The notes under the pieces: model-generated
Seen by the model: only the letters and a program-made list of their open reading frames with translations
What the model was told of the DNA's origin: nothing
Database searches by the model: none
Program-made: the position numbers and the translations under genes
Virus record (IMG/VR): IMGVR_UViG_3300002168_000007
Span: 1-41,175 of that record
DNA: 41,175 bases
Direction: 5' to 3' (one strand)
Origin: a virus
In this document: positions 1 to 7,288 of the stretch, piece after piece
Numbering within the stretch: the first letter of the stretch is position 1
Layout of the letters: each line of letters begins with the position of its first letter

Positions 1-98
1 ATTAATCTATCACTTATATAAACTTACTATGTTCTGTTTTTACTTCTTTTGAATATACAAAAATTCCATCAACTTCTTTAAGTATCTTATCTATATCT
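1..98 (+). repeat. Terminal overlap, copy A (identical to 41078..41175)
   Basis: Base-by-base comparison: attaatctatcacttatataaac...atcttatctatatct occurs at both window ends. Confidence 0.95.
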
Positions 99-205
99 TG
101 TCTCATTTCTTTTATGTCATATCCAAATACATCAAACTCTTGCCATACTCCGTTTTTATCTTCATAAGTAACATTTAATTGTAGTTTAGGCTTTGTATAG
201 TTCAT
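14..205 (-). CDS. Hypothetical protein, last gene of early operon (63 aa)
   Basis: ORF track. SD AAGGAGGG lies 5 nt upstream of the ATG. Confidence 0.6.
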   Translation of the reverse strand: MNYTKPKLQLNVTYEDKNGVWQEFDVFGYDIKEMRQDIDKILKEVDGIFVYSKEVKTEHSKFI

Positions 206-206
206 A

Positions 207-380
207 TTATCCCTCCTTTCTCTCCTTTATTAATTCTTCTAACTCTTCTAAATCATCTTTTGTTGCTTTAGTCCTAATAAAACTCCTAGCAGCACTTCTA
301 GCACCTAAATAATTTGTTTTATCTTTATTCTGTTGTCTATACTTTTGTTTTGCTCTCTTTTGTGCTTCAGTTAGTGGCAT
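207..380 (-). CDS. Small basic protein (57 aa, MPLTEAQKRAKQKYRQ...), not in ORF track
   Basis: Hand translation. GGAG lies 9 nt upstream. The ORF exactly fills the gap between flanking genes. Confidence 0.5.
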   Translation of the reverse strand: MPLTEAQKRAKQKYRQQNKDKTNYLGARSAARSFIRTKATKDDLEELEELIKERKEG

Positions 381-383
381 GTT

Positions 384-710
384 TTATATCTCCTTTTTAG
401 AATCGTTATATTTAATTATTTCTTTTTCAATTTCTTTTATGTCTAAAGTACCTTCATCCTCAAACAATAATATTTCTTCTGAATAATCTCCCTCTAGTGA
501 TGAATAGAATGTAACTGCTGCTATAACCTTTTCCCCATTTCTCCTGGTGTATCTAAACAATTCATATTCAGTACCACCCTTTATGCCAAATAATATACCT
601 GTTGAAAGTGCATAAGGCTTTGCAACTCCTAATTTTTTATAAACAACATTATTCCTTTTTAAACTTTCTTCCATTTCTCCATCATACCATACAACATCTA
701 ATAATTTCAT
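384..710 (-). CDS. Hypothetical protein (108 aa)
   Basis: ORF track. Tightly packed with neighbours (stop/start within 2 nt). Confidence 0.65.
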   Translation of the reverse strand: MKLLDVVWYDGEMEESLKRNNVVYKKLGVAKPYALSTGILFGIKGGTEYELFRYTRRNGEKVIAAVTFYSSLEGDYSEEILLFEDEGTLDIKEIEKEIIKYNDSKKEI

Positions 711-711
711 T

Positions 712-1182
712 TTACATTATTCCTTTCTCTTCGTAATAATCTTCTAATGCGTTACTTAAAAACTTTATATTAGATTCATTTTCAAATAATCTGTCACTTC
801 TAAATATTAATTTCCCGCAGTATGATTTCATGTAATACATATATGTATCTATTACCTTGCCTGCTTTTGTTTCATTATTAATATTGTCCTCAATTTCTTT
901 TATTTTTTGAGATATTATTTCTCTTTCATCTTCATAGAATTCATTTCCTATTGTGTCTAAGTCTTTAAGATCATCAATCGCCTTATTTATTTTTTCCCTT
1001 AAATCCTTTGCGTATTTAATTTGCTTTTCAGTTCCTTCTAATTTTACCATTCCTTCAACCTCCTTATTATTGTAAAGGAAAGTTAAACAAATTCCTAATT
1101 GAGCCTTGTAATCAACCTCTGGATATTCTCTTTTTATTTCTTTTGTTAATTCATGTGCTTTCTTTAATAAATTCATTTTCAT
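712..1182 (-). CDS. Hypothetical protein (156 aa). The start may be the second ATG at 1176.
   Basis: ORF track. SD AAAGAGG lies upstream. First gene after a promoter-like region. Confidence 0.7.
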   Translation of the reverse strand: MKMNLLKKAHELTKEIKREYPEVDYKAQLGICLTFLYNNKEVEGMVKLEGTEKQIKYAKDLREKINKAIDDLKDLDTIGNEFYEDEREIISQKIKEIEDNINNETKAGKVIDTYMYYMKSYCGKLIFRSDRLFENESNIKFLSNALEDYYEEKGIM

Positions 1183-1209
1183 GACCTCTTTCCTTTACTT
1201 TATGATTCT

Positions 1210-1238
1210 ATTATATACCCAATTGTATACAAACACAA
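1210..1238 (-). promoter_or_regulatory. Candidate sigma-A promoter inside the early region (TTGTGT-17-TATAAT)
   Basis: On the minus strand, TATAAT is at 1215..1210 and TTGTGT at 1238..1233, with a 17-nt spacer. Lies downstream of the 1272..1311 terminator and upstream of gene 712..1182. Confidence 0.4.
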
Positions 1239-1256
1239 TATACAAACTATACAAAA
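1226..1256 (-). repeat. Three direct copies of TTTGTATA overlapping or upstream of the -35 region
   Basis: Plus-strand TATACAAA at 1226-1233, 1239-1246 and 1249-1256. Confidence 0.7.
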
Positions 1257-1271
1257 AATTCACTTTTCTTT

Positions 1272-1311
1272 TGTATAAATAAACAAGAGTAGTAAATAAA
1301 TACTACCCTTG
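1272..1311 (-). terminator. Intrinsic terminator after gene 1320..1511
   Basis: Minus strand: CAAGgGTAGTA-tttatt-TACTACtCTTG followed by TTTATTTATAC. Confidence 0.6.
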
Positions 1312-1319
1312 TATGTCAA

Positions 1320-1511
1320 TTATTCATGGAATTCAATATAGTTATTTATTACAATTTGTTCATAAGATTCATTACTTATTAATATTTCATGCTCAATAGC
1401 CCTTATATCGTCTATACAAGTTATACCATCTACTACTTCTATATTCGCATTAGCAATACCGCTTCTGCCATCTTTTAAAAAGTAATTATAAAATATAAAA
1501 TATGTTTTCAT
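1320..1511 (-). CDS. Hypothetical protein (63 aa)
   Basis: ORF track. SD GGGGGGA lies 5 nt upstream. Confidence 0.55.
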   Translation of the reverse strand: MKTYFIFYNYFLKDGRSGIANANIEVVDGITCIDDIRAIEHEILISNESYEQIVINNYIEFHE

Positions 1512-1652
1512 TATATCCCCCCTATAACATCTATTTTAAATATTTTTCTTTAATTTTTTTAATTATCAAATCTCTTTGGCCATTACTCCCATTATCTATT
1601 CTAAAATTATGATACTCCTCACTGAAACAAACACTTTCAATCATATTCTATA

Positions 1653-2183
1653 TTATAACATCTTAAAACCAATTATCTCTTTTACAATTTTATCTCTTGT
1701 ATTATAAGCTGTTTTTCTACTTACATGTATCTTATCAGCGATTTTCTCTGGTTTCATCTTTTGATTATACATTAGATTAATGAAGTATTTAATATCCTCA
1801 TTAAACATGTTAATTACTCTCTCCATCTTGTTAGTCTTGAGTTCCAGGTTCCTTAGCTTATACTCTTCTTTATATAATTGTGTTAAATAATGCTTTTGTT
1901 CTCTTTGTAATGCTGTTATTTGACTTTCTACAGCCTTTTCCACCGCACTATTGCCGTTACTTGATGTTTGTACTCTCTCGTCAAAACCGACTGCTTGTAT
2001 ATCTACTGTGAAGTTTATATCACAATTAGCTATTTTATTATCTATTTCATCAATTACTTTGGTTAGATCATCTATATTCTTTTTAGTTGCTTCCTTCTTT
2101 TTCAAATCTTCATAATATTGATATAATTGTTTTTCTGTCTTTCTAAAAGTGTATTTATTATCTTTCTGTTCAACACACATCAT
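1653..2183 (-). CDS. Putative transcription regulator with sigma-70 region-4-like C-terminal HTH. Candidate late-gene activator or antiterminator.
   Basis: C-terminal MKPEKIADKIHVSRKTAYNTRDKIVKEI resembles a sigma r4 / RinA-ArpU-type HTH. It sits near the end of the early operon, where late regulators usually lie. Confidence 0.5.
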   Translation of the reverse strand: MMCVEQKDNKYTFRKTEKQLYQYYEDLKKKEATKKNIDDLTKVIDEIDNKIANCDINFTVDIQAVGFDERVQTSSNGNSAVEKAVESQITALQREQKHYLTQLYKEEYKLRNLELKTNKMERVINMFNEDIKYFINLMYNQKMKPEKIADKIHVSRKTAYNTRDKIVKEIIGFKML

Positions 2184-2190
2184 ACTACTT

Positions 2191-2221
2191 CCCCCTATTC
2201 GTCTTTTATTTGAATTGCGAA
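2191..2221 (-). repeat. Stop-to-SD intercistronic element, copy 6
   Basis: Minus strand: TTCGCAAT-TCAAAT-AAAAGA-CGAATAGGGGG. Begins 1 nt after the stop of 2223..2465 and ends at the SD of 1653..2183. Confidence 0.7.
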
Positions 2222-2222
2222 T

Positions 2223-2465
2223 TTACTTATGAATTATAATCATTAAAAAATCATTAATTGTCTCGATTCTATCTACTGTATAATCTCCATAGTCTAAAAA
2301 CATTGTGTCACCTTCTCTATTATCAACATCAATTGGTCTATATTCTGATAATGAATTATCTTTATCATTCAATCCCCATATTTCATATTTAAAATATCCT
2401 TTTCCTTCGACATATAAAGTAACATTATCTACTCTTAACACTTTTCTTAAATCATTTAATTTCAT
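2223..2465 (-). CDS. Hypothetical protein (80 aa)
   Basis: ORF track. SD GAAGGAG is provided by element copy 1. Confidence 0.6.
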   Translation of the reverse strand: MKLNDLRKVLRVDNVTLYVEGKGYFKYEIWGLNDKDNSLSEYRPIDVDNREGDTMFLDYGDYTVDRIETINDFLMIIIHK

Positions 2466-2472
2466 AAAATCT

Positions 2473-2500
2473 CTCCTTCACATTTTAATCATATTGTGAA
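2473..2500 (-). repeat. Stop-to-SD intercistronic element, copy 1
   Basis: Minus strand: TTCACAAT-ATGATTAAAATG-TGAAGGAG. Confidence 0.75.
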
Positions 2501-2503
2501 TTA

Positions 2504-2656
2504 TTACTTTCTTTTAAATCCATATTTATTAATTAACATATATTTTATACCTAGCAACTCTCTGTTAGCTTTTCTTTTAGCTTTTAAGAAGTTAATATCA
2601 TAAATTTTCATATTAATTTTAGCTAACCTTGTCACCATTTTTTGATGTTTATTCAT
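2504..2656 (-). CDS. Small basic protein (50 aa, MNKHQKMVTRLAKINMK...), not in ORF track
   Basis: Hand translation. GGAG lies 6 nt upstream. Bounded by element copies 2 and 1. Confidence 0.45.
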   Translation of the reverse strand: MNKHQKMVTRLAKINMKIYDINFLKAKRKANRELLGIKYMLINKYGFKRK

Positions 2657-2662
2657 AAAAAA

Positions 2663-2696
2663 CTCCATATCCTTTTAATCATATTTGTATTGTGAA
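2663..2696 (-). repeat. Stop-to-SD intercistronic element, copy 2
   Basis: Minus strand: TTCACAAT-ACAAAT-ATGATTAAAAGG-ATATGGAG. Confidence 0.7.
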
Positions 2697-2698
2697 AC

Positions 2699-2872
2699 TT
2701 AATTTTGTTTTGTAATAATAAAAGAATTATTTACAAATTCTAAATCTTGTTCAACCTCTGAAAGCATTTCTCCACCATCTTCTACAATTTTCCTCGCTTC
2801 CTCTTCACTGTTAGCTTCAACATAATATTTCTCTGTTCCTATAACTTTAACTTCTACCATAAAAACTGCCAT
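2699..2872 (-). CDS. Hypothetical protein (57 aa from the ATG at 2872; the ORF track extends to 2896)
   Basis: The internal ATG is preceded by TAGGAGGT and a 5-nt spacer. The upstream ATG has no SD. Confidence 0.55.
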   Translation of the reverse strand: MAVFMVEVKVIGTEKYYVEANSEEEARKIVEDGGEMLSEVEQDLEFVNNSFIITKQN

Positions 2873-2892
2873 AACCAACCTCCTATTACTTT

Positions 2893-3132
2893 TCATCTTT
2901 TAATTATTTTCTCTACTTCTTGAATTACGTATCTGATTTCTTTACACTTATTTTCGCTATTAAGTTCCGCACATCTTTTCTCTGCCATTTCATAATCATC
3001 TGTAAACCCTTTATTCTCGCCATTTCCACACCAAATTTGCATGGGATAATCCTTAATACTGCAATCTAATCTAAGAACTTCTTTTGAATAACATATATTA
3101 AATTCATTATTTATCTTTCCTTTACTTTTCAA
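2893..3132 (-). CDS. Hypothetical Cys-containing protein (79 aa, TTG start as in ORF track)
   Basis: ORF track. No clear SD, so the start is uncertain. Confidence 0.45.
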   Translation of the reverse strand: MKSKGKINNEFNICYSKEVLRLDCSIKDYPMQIWCGNGENKGFTDDYEMAEKRCAELNSENKCKEIRYVIQEVEKIIKR

Positions 3133-3226
3133 TTACGTGGAGTTCATAAAATTTAACACTAAATTCTCCACTGCTTGGACTTCTTTTTAAATTAAATTCC
3201 ACATTTCCATACTTTTCCTTTATGCA

Positions 3227-3313
3227 TTACTTTTTCACTTCAATATCTTCCATTTCTTTTTCGTGAAAAAGTAAGAATCCTATACATTTTTCATCTCCAC
3301 ATTTACACTTCAT
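3227..3313 (-). CDS. Tiny Cys-rich ORF (28 aa, MKCKCGDEKCIGF...). The frame stays open for 34 more codons after its TAA.
   Basis: ATGA overlap with the upstream ORF 3310..3483. See the finding on the interrupted ORF. Confidence 0.35.
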   Translation of the reverse strand: MKCKCGDEKCIGFLLFHEKEMEDIEVKK

Positions 3314-3483
3314 TTCTCACACCCTCCAATTAATTCGCATTTAGATTCTAATTCTTTTTCAATTAAGGTTATTTTCTCTAAATGATTATCAAGGTTACAC
3401 TCTATTTCCCATTTATATTGCTCTAATAAATCTTTTAAGACATTGACTTCTAAATCTTTAATATATTCTTTGAAGTTTCTCAT
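3310..3483 (-). CDS. Hypothetical protein (57 aa, MRNFKEYIKDLEVNVL...), not in ORF track
   Basis: Hand translation. SD GAAGGAG is supplied by element copy 3. Confidence 0.5.
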   Translation of the reverse strand: MRNFKEYIKDLEVNVLKDLLEQYKWEIECNLDNHLEKITLIEKELESKCELIGGCEK

Positions 3484-3493
3484 TGCTACTTAT

Positions 3494-3521
3494 CTCCTTC
3501 ACATTTTATTTGTATTGCGAA
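3494..3521 (-). repeat. Stop-to-SD intercistronic element, copy 3
   Basis: Minus strand: TTCGCAAT-ACAAAT-AAAATG-TGAAGGAG. Starts immediately after the TAG of 3522..4076. Confidence 0.75.
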
Positions 3522-4076
3522 CTATAATTTTCTTCCACATATAGGGCAAAAATTTATTTTTTTATAATCAAAATTAAAAGCATCATCACCTACTAATTGA
3601 TTATTACCATCAATGTATACACCATCACACCCATCGGATAGTAATAAGTCTCTATCATCAATATCAACGCAACAATATCTGCAAACAGAATTTTCTTTAA
3701 TTGTATTAGGTATCTCAACTATTGTATAAATATATTTATCTGTTGATACTTTTTTTAAGAATTCTTCTCTATATTTCATAGGGATTGAAGGGTAAAATAA
3801 TTCATTATCCCCTTTTTCTTTCATGAGTAATTTCATATGTTCATAAGCTTTAGCATAACAAGCTTTAGTTCTTATAACGTCATAACACAACTTGCCAACT
3901 ATAACACTATAATACATTCTTAATTCATATCTTGTATTGTCTGTAACAATATATTCATTTGAATATCTGTATAACTTGCCATTGCTGGTTGTTATTTCGT
4001 ATTTACATGTTTCACAATCTACCTTAACATCTATAACATCAATATATTCATGACTTAATATATCATATATTTTCAT
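3522..4076 (-). CDS. Cys-rich protein with putative zinc-ribbon motifs (184 aa)
   Basis: CETC near the N-terminus, CRYCC internally, CPICGRKL at the C-terminus. SD comes from element copy 4. Confidence 0.7.
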   Translation of the reverse strand: MKIYDILSHEYIDVIDVKVDCETCKYEITTSNGKLYRYSNEYIVTDNTRYELRMYYSVIVGKLCYDVIRTKACYAKAYEHMKLLMKEKGDNELFYPSIPMKYREEFLKKVSTDKYIYTIVEIPNTIKENSVCRYCCVDIDDRDLLLSDGCDGVYIDGNNQLVGDDAFNFDYKKINFCPICGRKL

Positions 4077-4083
4077 TGAACCT

Positions 4084-4111
4084 CTCCTTCATCTTTTAAT
4101 CATAATCCGAA
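4084..4111 (-). repeat. Stop-to-SD intercistronic element, copy 4
   Basis: Minus strand: TTCGGATT-ATGATTAAAAGA-TGAAGGAG. Starts immediately after the TAG of 4112..4648. Confidence 0.75.
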
Positions 4112-4648
4112 CTAAAATAACTTCCCATGCATCTTTTCTCTTGTCTTATTCTTGTCCATCTTCTTTTTAATTTCAGTTTCTATATCTATTTCTAATCCTC
4201 CTACAAGATCAGAAAGTCTAATATATACATCTGCTAATTCTTCTTTAAAATTATCTGCATCACCTTTTCTTAAGCCTTCTACTGATTCTGATATTTCTCC
4301 TATAGTTAGTATTAAGAATTGATTTATATATGCTGTTTTTATATCTTCTACATAATCTGCAAACCATAATTCATCAGATATTTTATAATAAGCATCCCAA
4401 AATCCCTTACGTACTGCATTTTCATGAGCCTTTTCTACTAACTCTTTTATAGTTAATCCGTTGTTTACTTCTAGCATTATTGCACTTCTATTATTTCTAA
4501 GATGCTTTAACAATTCATCTTTATCTATAAAATCTTCTTTGTAAGTTAAAATTGCTCCTTCATCAGCATTTTTGAGATTATTTATTAATATCTCCTTTTG
4601 TTTATCACTCAAACTTTCAATAAATTCTAATATTTTTCTATCTATCAT
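4112..4648 (-). CDS. MazG-like nucleoside triphosphate pyrophosphohydrolase with an N-terminal extension
   Basis: The C-terminal half (GEISESVEGLRKGD...FKEELADVYIRLSDL) matches the EexxE/ExxD helices of the MazG/dimeric-dUTPase fold. Confidence 0.65.
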   Translation of the reverse strand: MIDRKILEFIESLSDKQKEILINNLKNADEGAILTYKEDFIDKDELLKHLRNNRSAIMLEVNNGLTIKELVEKAHENAVRKGFWDAYYKISDELWFADYVEDIKTAYINQFLILTIGEISESVEGLRKGDADNFKEELADVYIRLSDLVGGLEIDIETEIKKKMDKNKTREKMHGKLF

Positions 4649-5079
4649 TTATTTTTCACCTTTCTATTATTACTTCTTATTTTCTTTAACTCATAGAAAT
4701 CTATAAAACCATACTTATCACCATGCTTTAGATTTCTTGCAACTATAGACAGCTTTAAATCTCTATATCTCCAGTGAAATAACTTAATCCTCATTTCTCC
4801 TTGTTGTGTAGTCATTCCCTTTACATCTACATATTCCACACTATCATCATTATGATATATAGTGAAATCAACTGTATATGTTATAGGTCTATACTTCTTA
4901 CCTTCCTTCTCAAAACCATCTACAAGAACAAACTTCTCTTGTAATTCAAAGTTTTTAATTTCTCCTTTTGCTCTTCTTATCTTTAGTGCTTCATAGTATT
5001 TCATTTCATCTTTAGAATCAAAAGTTATTCCATCACATTCAGCTTTTTTACTGTTGTATTTTGACATATTCTCACTCAT
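4645..5079 (-). CDS. DUF1064-type protein (putative PD-(D/E)xK-like nuclease or resolvase)
   Basis: KYNSKKAECDGITFDSKDEMKYYEAL...YTVDFTIY...VEYVDVKG is the typical DUF1064 pattern. ATGA overlap with the MazG-like gene. Confidence 0.6.
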   Translation of the reverse strand: MSENMSKYNSKKAECDGITFDSKDEMKYYEALKIRRAKGEIKNFELQEKFVLVDGFEKEGKKYRPITYTVDFTIYHNDDSVEYVDVKGMTTQQGEMRIKLFHWRYRDLKLSIVARNLKHGDKYGFIDFYELKKIRSNNRKVKNK

Positions 5080-5140
5080 TTCTTATATGATATTGATAGC
5101 CAAGTGAGAAAATTAGCTTGTAACCATATCCTCACTTAGG

Positions 5141-5168
5141 CTTATTCATCTTTTAATCATAATCCGAA
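5141..5168 (-). repeat. Stop-to-SD intercistronic element, copy 5 (SD part degenerated)
   Basis: Minus strand: TTCGGATT-ATGATTAAAAGA-TGAATAAG. Identical to copy 4 except in the SD. Starts immediately after the TGA at 5169-5171, not after the SSB amber codon. Confidence 0.75.
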
Positions 5169-5219
5169 TCAGAATGGAACCTCCTCCGAATCGTCAACTG
5201 GATTATTCCACCCATCATC
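5169..5219 (-). other. In-frame post-amber extension encoding the canonical SSB acidic C-terminal tail (DDGWNNPVDDSEEVPF, then TGA)
   Basis: Hand translation downstream of the TAG at 5220-5222: GAT GAT GGG TGG AAT AAT CCA GTT GAC GAT TCG GAG GAG GTT CCA TTC TGA. Confidence 0.7.
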
Positions 5220-5564
5220 CTAATTATTGTTGTTAGTTGTTGTATTATTCTTAGCCCACTCTACACCGTCGAACATATCAGCTACTACTTCTGTAACATA
5301 TCTTTTAGTACCGTCTTTAGCTTCATAATCTCTTATAGTTAACTTACCGTTAACCCACACTTTTTGTCCTTTTAAAACATTGTTAGCGAAGAACTCTGCT
5401 TGTTTACCCCATACCACAATATTTACAAAATAAGTCTTTTTGTTTTCTCTGTATCCGTCGTTAACAGCTATACTAGTTGTTGCAACTGGTGTACCTTTCC
5501 CTGCTGTCATTCTTAATTCTATTTCCTTACATACGTTCCCTGAAATTGTTATTCTATTTGCCAT
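5220..5564 (-). CDS. ssb: Single-stranded DNA-binding protein, OB-fold core (114 aa to the amber codon; 130 residues if the TAG is read through)
   Basis: Typical SSB OB-fold (VWGKQAEF...KGQKVWVNGKLTIRDYEAKDGTKRYVTEVVAD) and an Asn/Thr linker. Confidence 0.9.
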   Translation of the reverse strand: MANRITISGNVCKEIELRMTAGKGTPVATTSIAVNDGYRENKKTYFVNIVVWGKQAEFFANNVLKGQKVWVNGKLTIRDYEAKDGTKRYVTEVVADMFDGVEWAKNNTTTNNNN

Positions 5565-5581
5565 TTATATCTCACCTTTCT

Positions 5582-5752
5582 TTATTTTGTATTTATTATC
5601 GTTGCTACTTGTTCTAATACAATACATGCAATTGCTGTTATAAACATTATTCTTAAACTTATAATACTACTTACAAATAATGATATTATTGCAGCAAATG
5701 TACATACTATAATTTCTAAAACACTTAATCTTTTAATTAATTTGTTATTCAT
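5582..5752 (-). CDS. Small membrane protein (56 aa from the ATG at 5752; the ORF track extends to 5779)
   Basis: Two hydrophobic segments. AGAGGGTG lies 6 nt upstream of the internal ATG. Confidence 0.5.
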   Translation of the reverse strand: MNNKLIKRLSVLEIIVCTFAAIISLFVSSIISLRIMFITAIACIVLEQVATIINTK

Positions 5753-6356
5753 TAATATCACCCTCTTTCTTTTCTTCATATTTAATTAAATTATTTAATA
5801 TTTCTTCTGCTTTTTTGTGGCAATTATCTAAAACACACTCAATTATCATACCTTGTTCAAAACTTAAATTATTTTCTCTATAGAATTTTATTTTATCTTC
5901 ACTATCTATAATTAAATTTTCGACATATCTTCTGTTTAGATATTCCCTAGCTTTCTTTAAGTCCTCAATGCCATTTTTATTTTTGTATCTAACTAAATAC
6001 TTGATGATATTTCCAGTTACAAATCCAATTTCGTACTTGTTACAGAACTCAATTACATCATAGCTTCCTTTATGATAGTACCCAGGTATAATATTTTTTT
6101 CTTTTATGTCTTTAAGATCATCTAGTGTTATTGTTTGTTCTGATATGCTGTTAATTGTATTTACTGTTTTATTGTGTTTACCAATGTAATCTTTTGCTAT
6201 ATGAACATTTTCAACATAATTTTTACTATTTGTACAATCAAGTACTTTTAAAAATGGACATTTTCGTTCAAAACAATTTACAGGACATTTTATATTTAAT
6301 ATATTTCCATCATTCTCAACTACTATTTTGCAAAATTCTAAAATCTTATCTTCCAT
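5745..6356 (-). CDS. DUF3310-family phage protein with an N-terminal Cys-rich region
   Basis: YHKGSYDVIEFCNKYEIGFVTGNIIKYLVRYKNKNGIEDLKKAREYLN matches the DUF3310 signature. Confidence 0.6.
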   Translation of the reverse strand: MEDKILEFCKIVVENDGNILNIKCPVNCFERKCPFLKVLDCTNSKNYVENVHIAKDYIGKHNKTVNTINSISEQTITLDDLKDIKEKNIIPGYYHKGSYDVIEFCNKYEIGFVTGNIIKYLVRYKNKNGIEDLKKAREYLNRRYVENLIIDSEDKIKFYRENNLSFEQGMIIECVLDNCHKKAEEILNNLIKYEEKKEGDINE

Positions 6357-6366
6357 ACTTTACCTC

Positions 6367-7281
6367 CTACACATTTAATATCGCTTTACCTTCCTCAAAT
6401 TCTTGATTGATAACATCTATAGCCTTTTGTCTTATGTTTTCTAATTCTTCTAAACTTGTGTATCTTACTCCATCTTCTCTAATAACTTCTACTTCTTTAC
6501 TTTCTTTATCTTCTGTTTTCATCACAGTGTAACTATAATTCTTAGCTTGTACTTCTAATCTTGTACTTTTCTTTATTGACATGATTTCTATACCATTTCT
6601 CGCTTTATTTTGTACCTTGTCAGCTTGTTTTGTATCTTCTTCGATTAATTTATCGTTTGATATTGTTTTTTCTTCTGCTGGCTTTGCATCGCTTTCTATG
6701 ATATTTGCTTTTTCTAAATCTTCTTTTGTTACTTCATCTATTCCCATAGCCTTAGCTAATTTAGTAACATCTGCTGCAACCTCCTTGTTGTATTCTGTTC
6801 TTATTCTCTTTACTGCATTAGTAATCATGCTTTTAGATAATTGTGGATAAGATTCATTTAATTTCAACTTAATTTCTTTATCCTTTATTCCTCCTTCCAT
6901 CATTTCTCTAGCTTCTTTTACCATCTTGTTCTTAACATCTTCTAATGTTTTCAAATAACCATCTCCTAACATACTTTTTAATTTATTTATTTTTTCTGTA
7001 TCTTCTCCCATGATGTTAATTAACTTAGTTATAAATGCTTGTACTTCTTCAAGTTCCATGTCGTATTCTTCAATCATTAATGCAGTAAGACATCTATCTA
7101 CACTTTCCATTACACTATTGCCATGGTCTACCGCTTTACGCTTTATTTCTCCAATTATCAATTCATATTTATCTTTAGACAAAGTATTTAACCAACTGTA
7201 TAATGTTTCTTTCTTTTGTTCCGCTTTCTTATACTCTTTTTTATATTCTCGTTCTCTTTTACGTCTTTCCGCCCTATTCAC
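6367..7281 (-). CDS. Hypothetical K/E-rich protein (304 aa)
   Basis: ORF track. Lies between the helicase loader and the DUF3310 gene. Confidence 0.7.
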   Translation of the reverse strand: MNRAERRKREREYKKEYKKAEQKKETLYSWLNTLSKDKYELIIGEIKRKAVDHGNSVMESVDRCLTALMIEEYDMELEEVQAFITKLINIMGEDTEKINKLKSMLGDGYLKTLEDVKNKMVKEAREMMEGGIKDKEIKLKLNESYPQLSKSMITNAVKRIRTEYNKEVAADVTKLAKAMGIDEVTKEDLEKANIIESDAKPAEEKTISNDKLIEEDTKQADKVQNKARNGIEIMSIKKSTRLEVQAKNYSYTVMKTEDKESKEVEVIREDGVRYTSLEELENIRQKAIDVINQEFEEGKAILNV

Positions 7282-7288
7282 ACCCTAA

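Noticed and set aside
5101-5140. The hairpin CCtAAGTGAG...CTCACTTGG between intercistronic element copy 5 and the DUF1064 gene, as a terminator
   Set aside because: It has a 22-nt loop and no U-tract on either strand. It may still be an RNA processing or stability element, but there is not enough evidence to call a terminator.
5220-5222. Genome-wide reassignment of TAG (an alternative genetic code) as the explanation for the SSB amber codon
   Set aside because: TAG appears to terminate several other genes at sensible positions (4112, 3522, 8055, 25126, 39970, integrase 16319-16321). The very long structural ORFs (766-877 aa) are open in the standard code with no TAG interruptions. No suppressor tRNA gene was seen.
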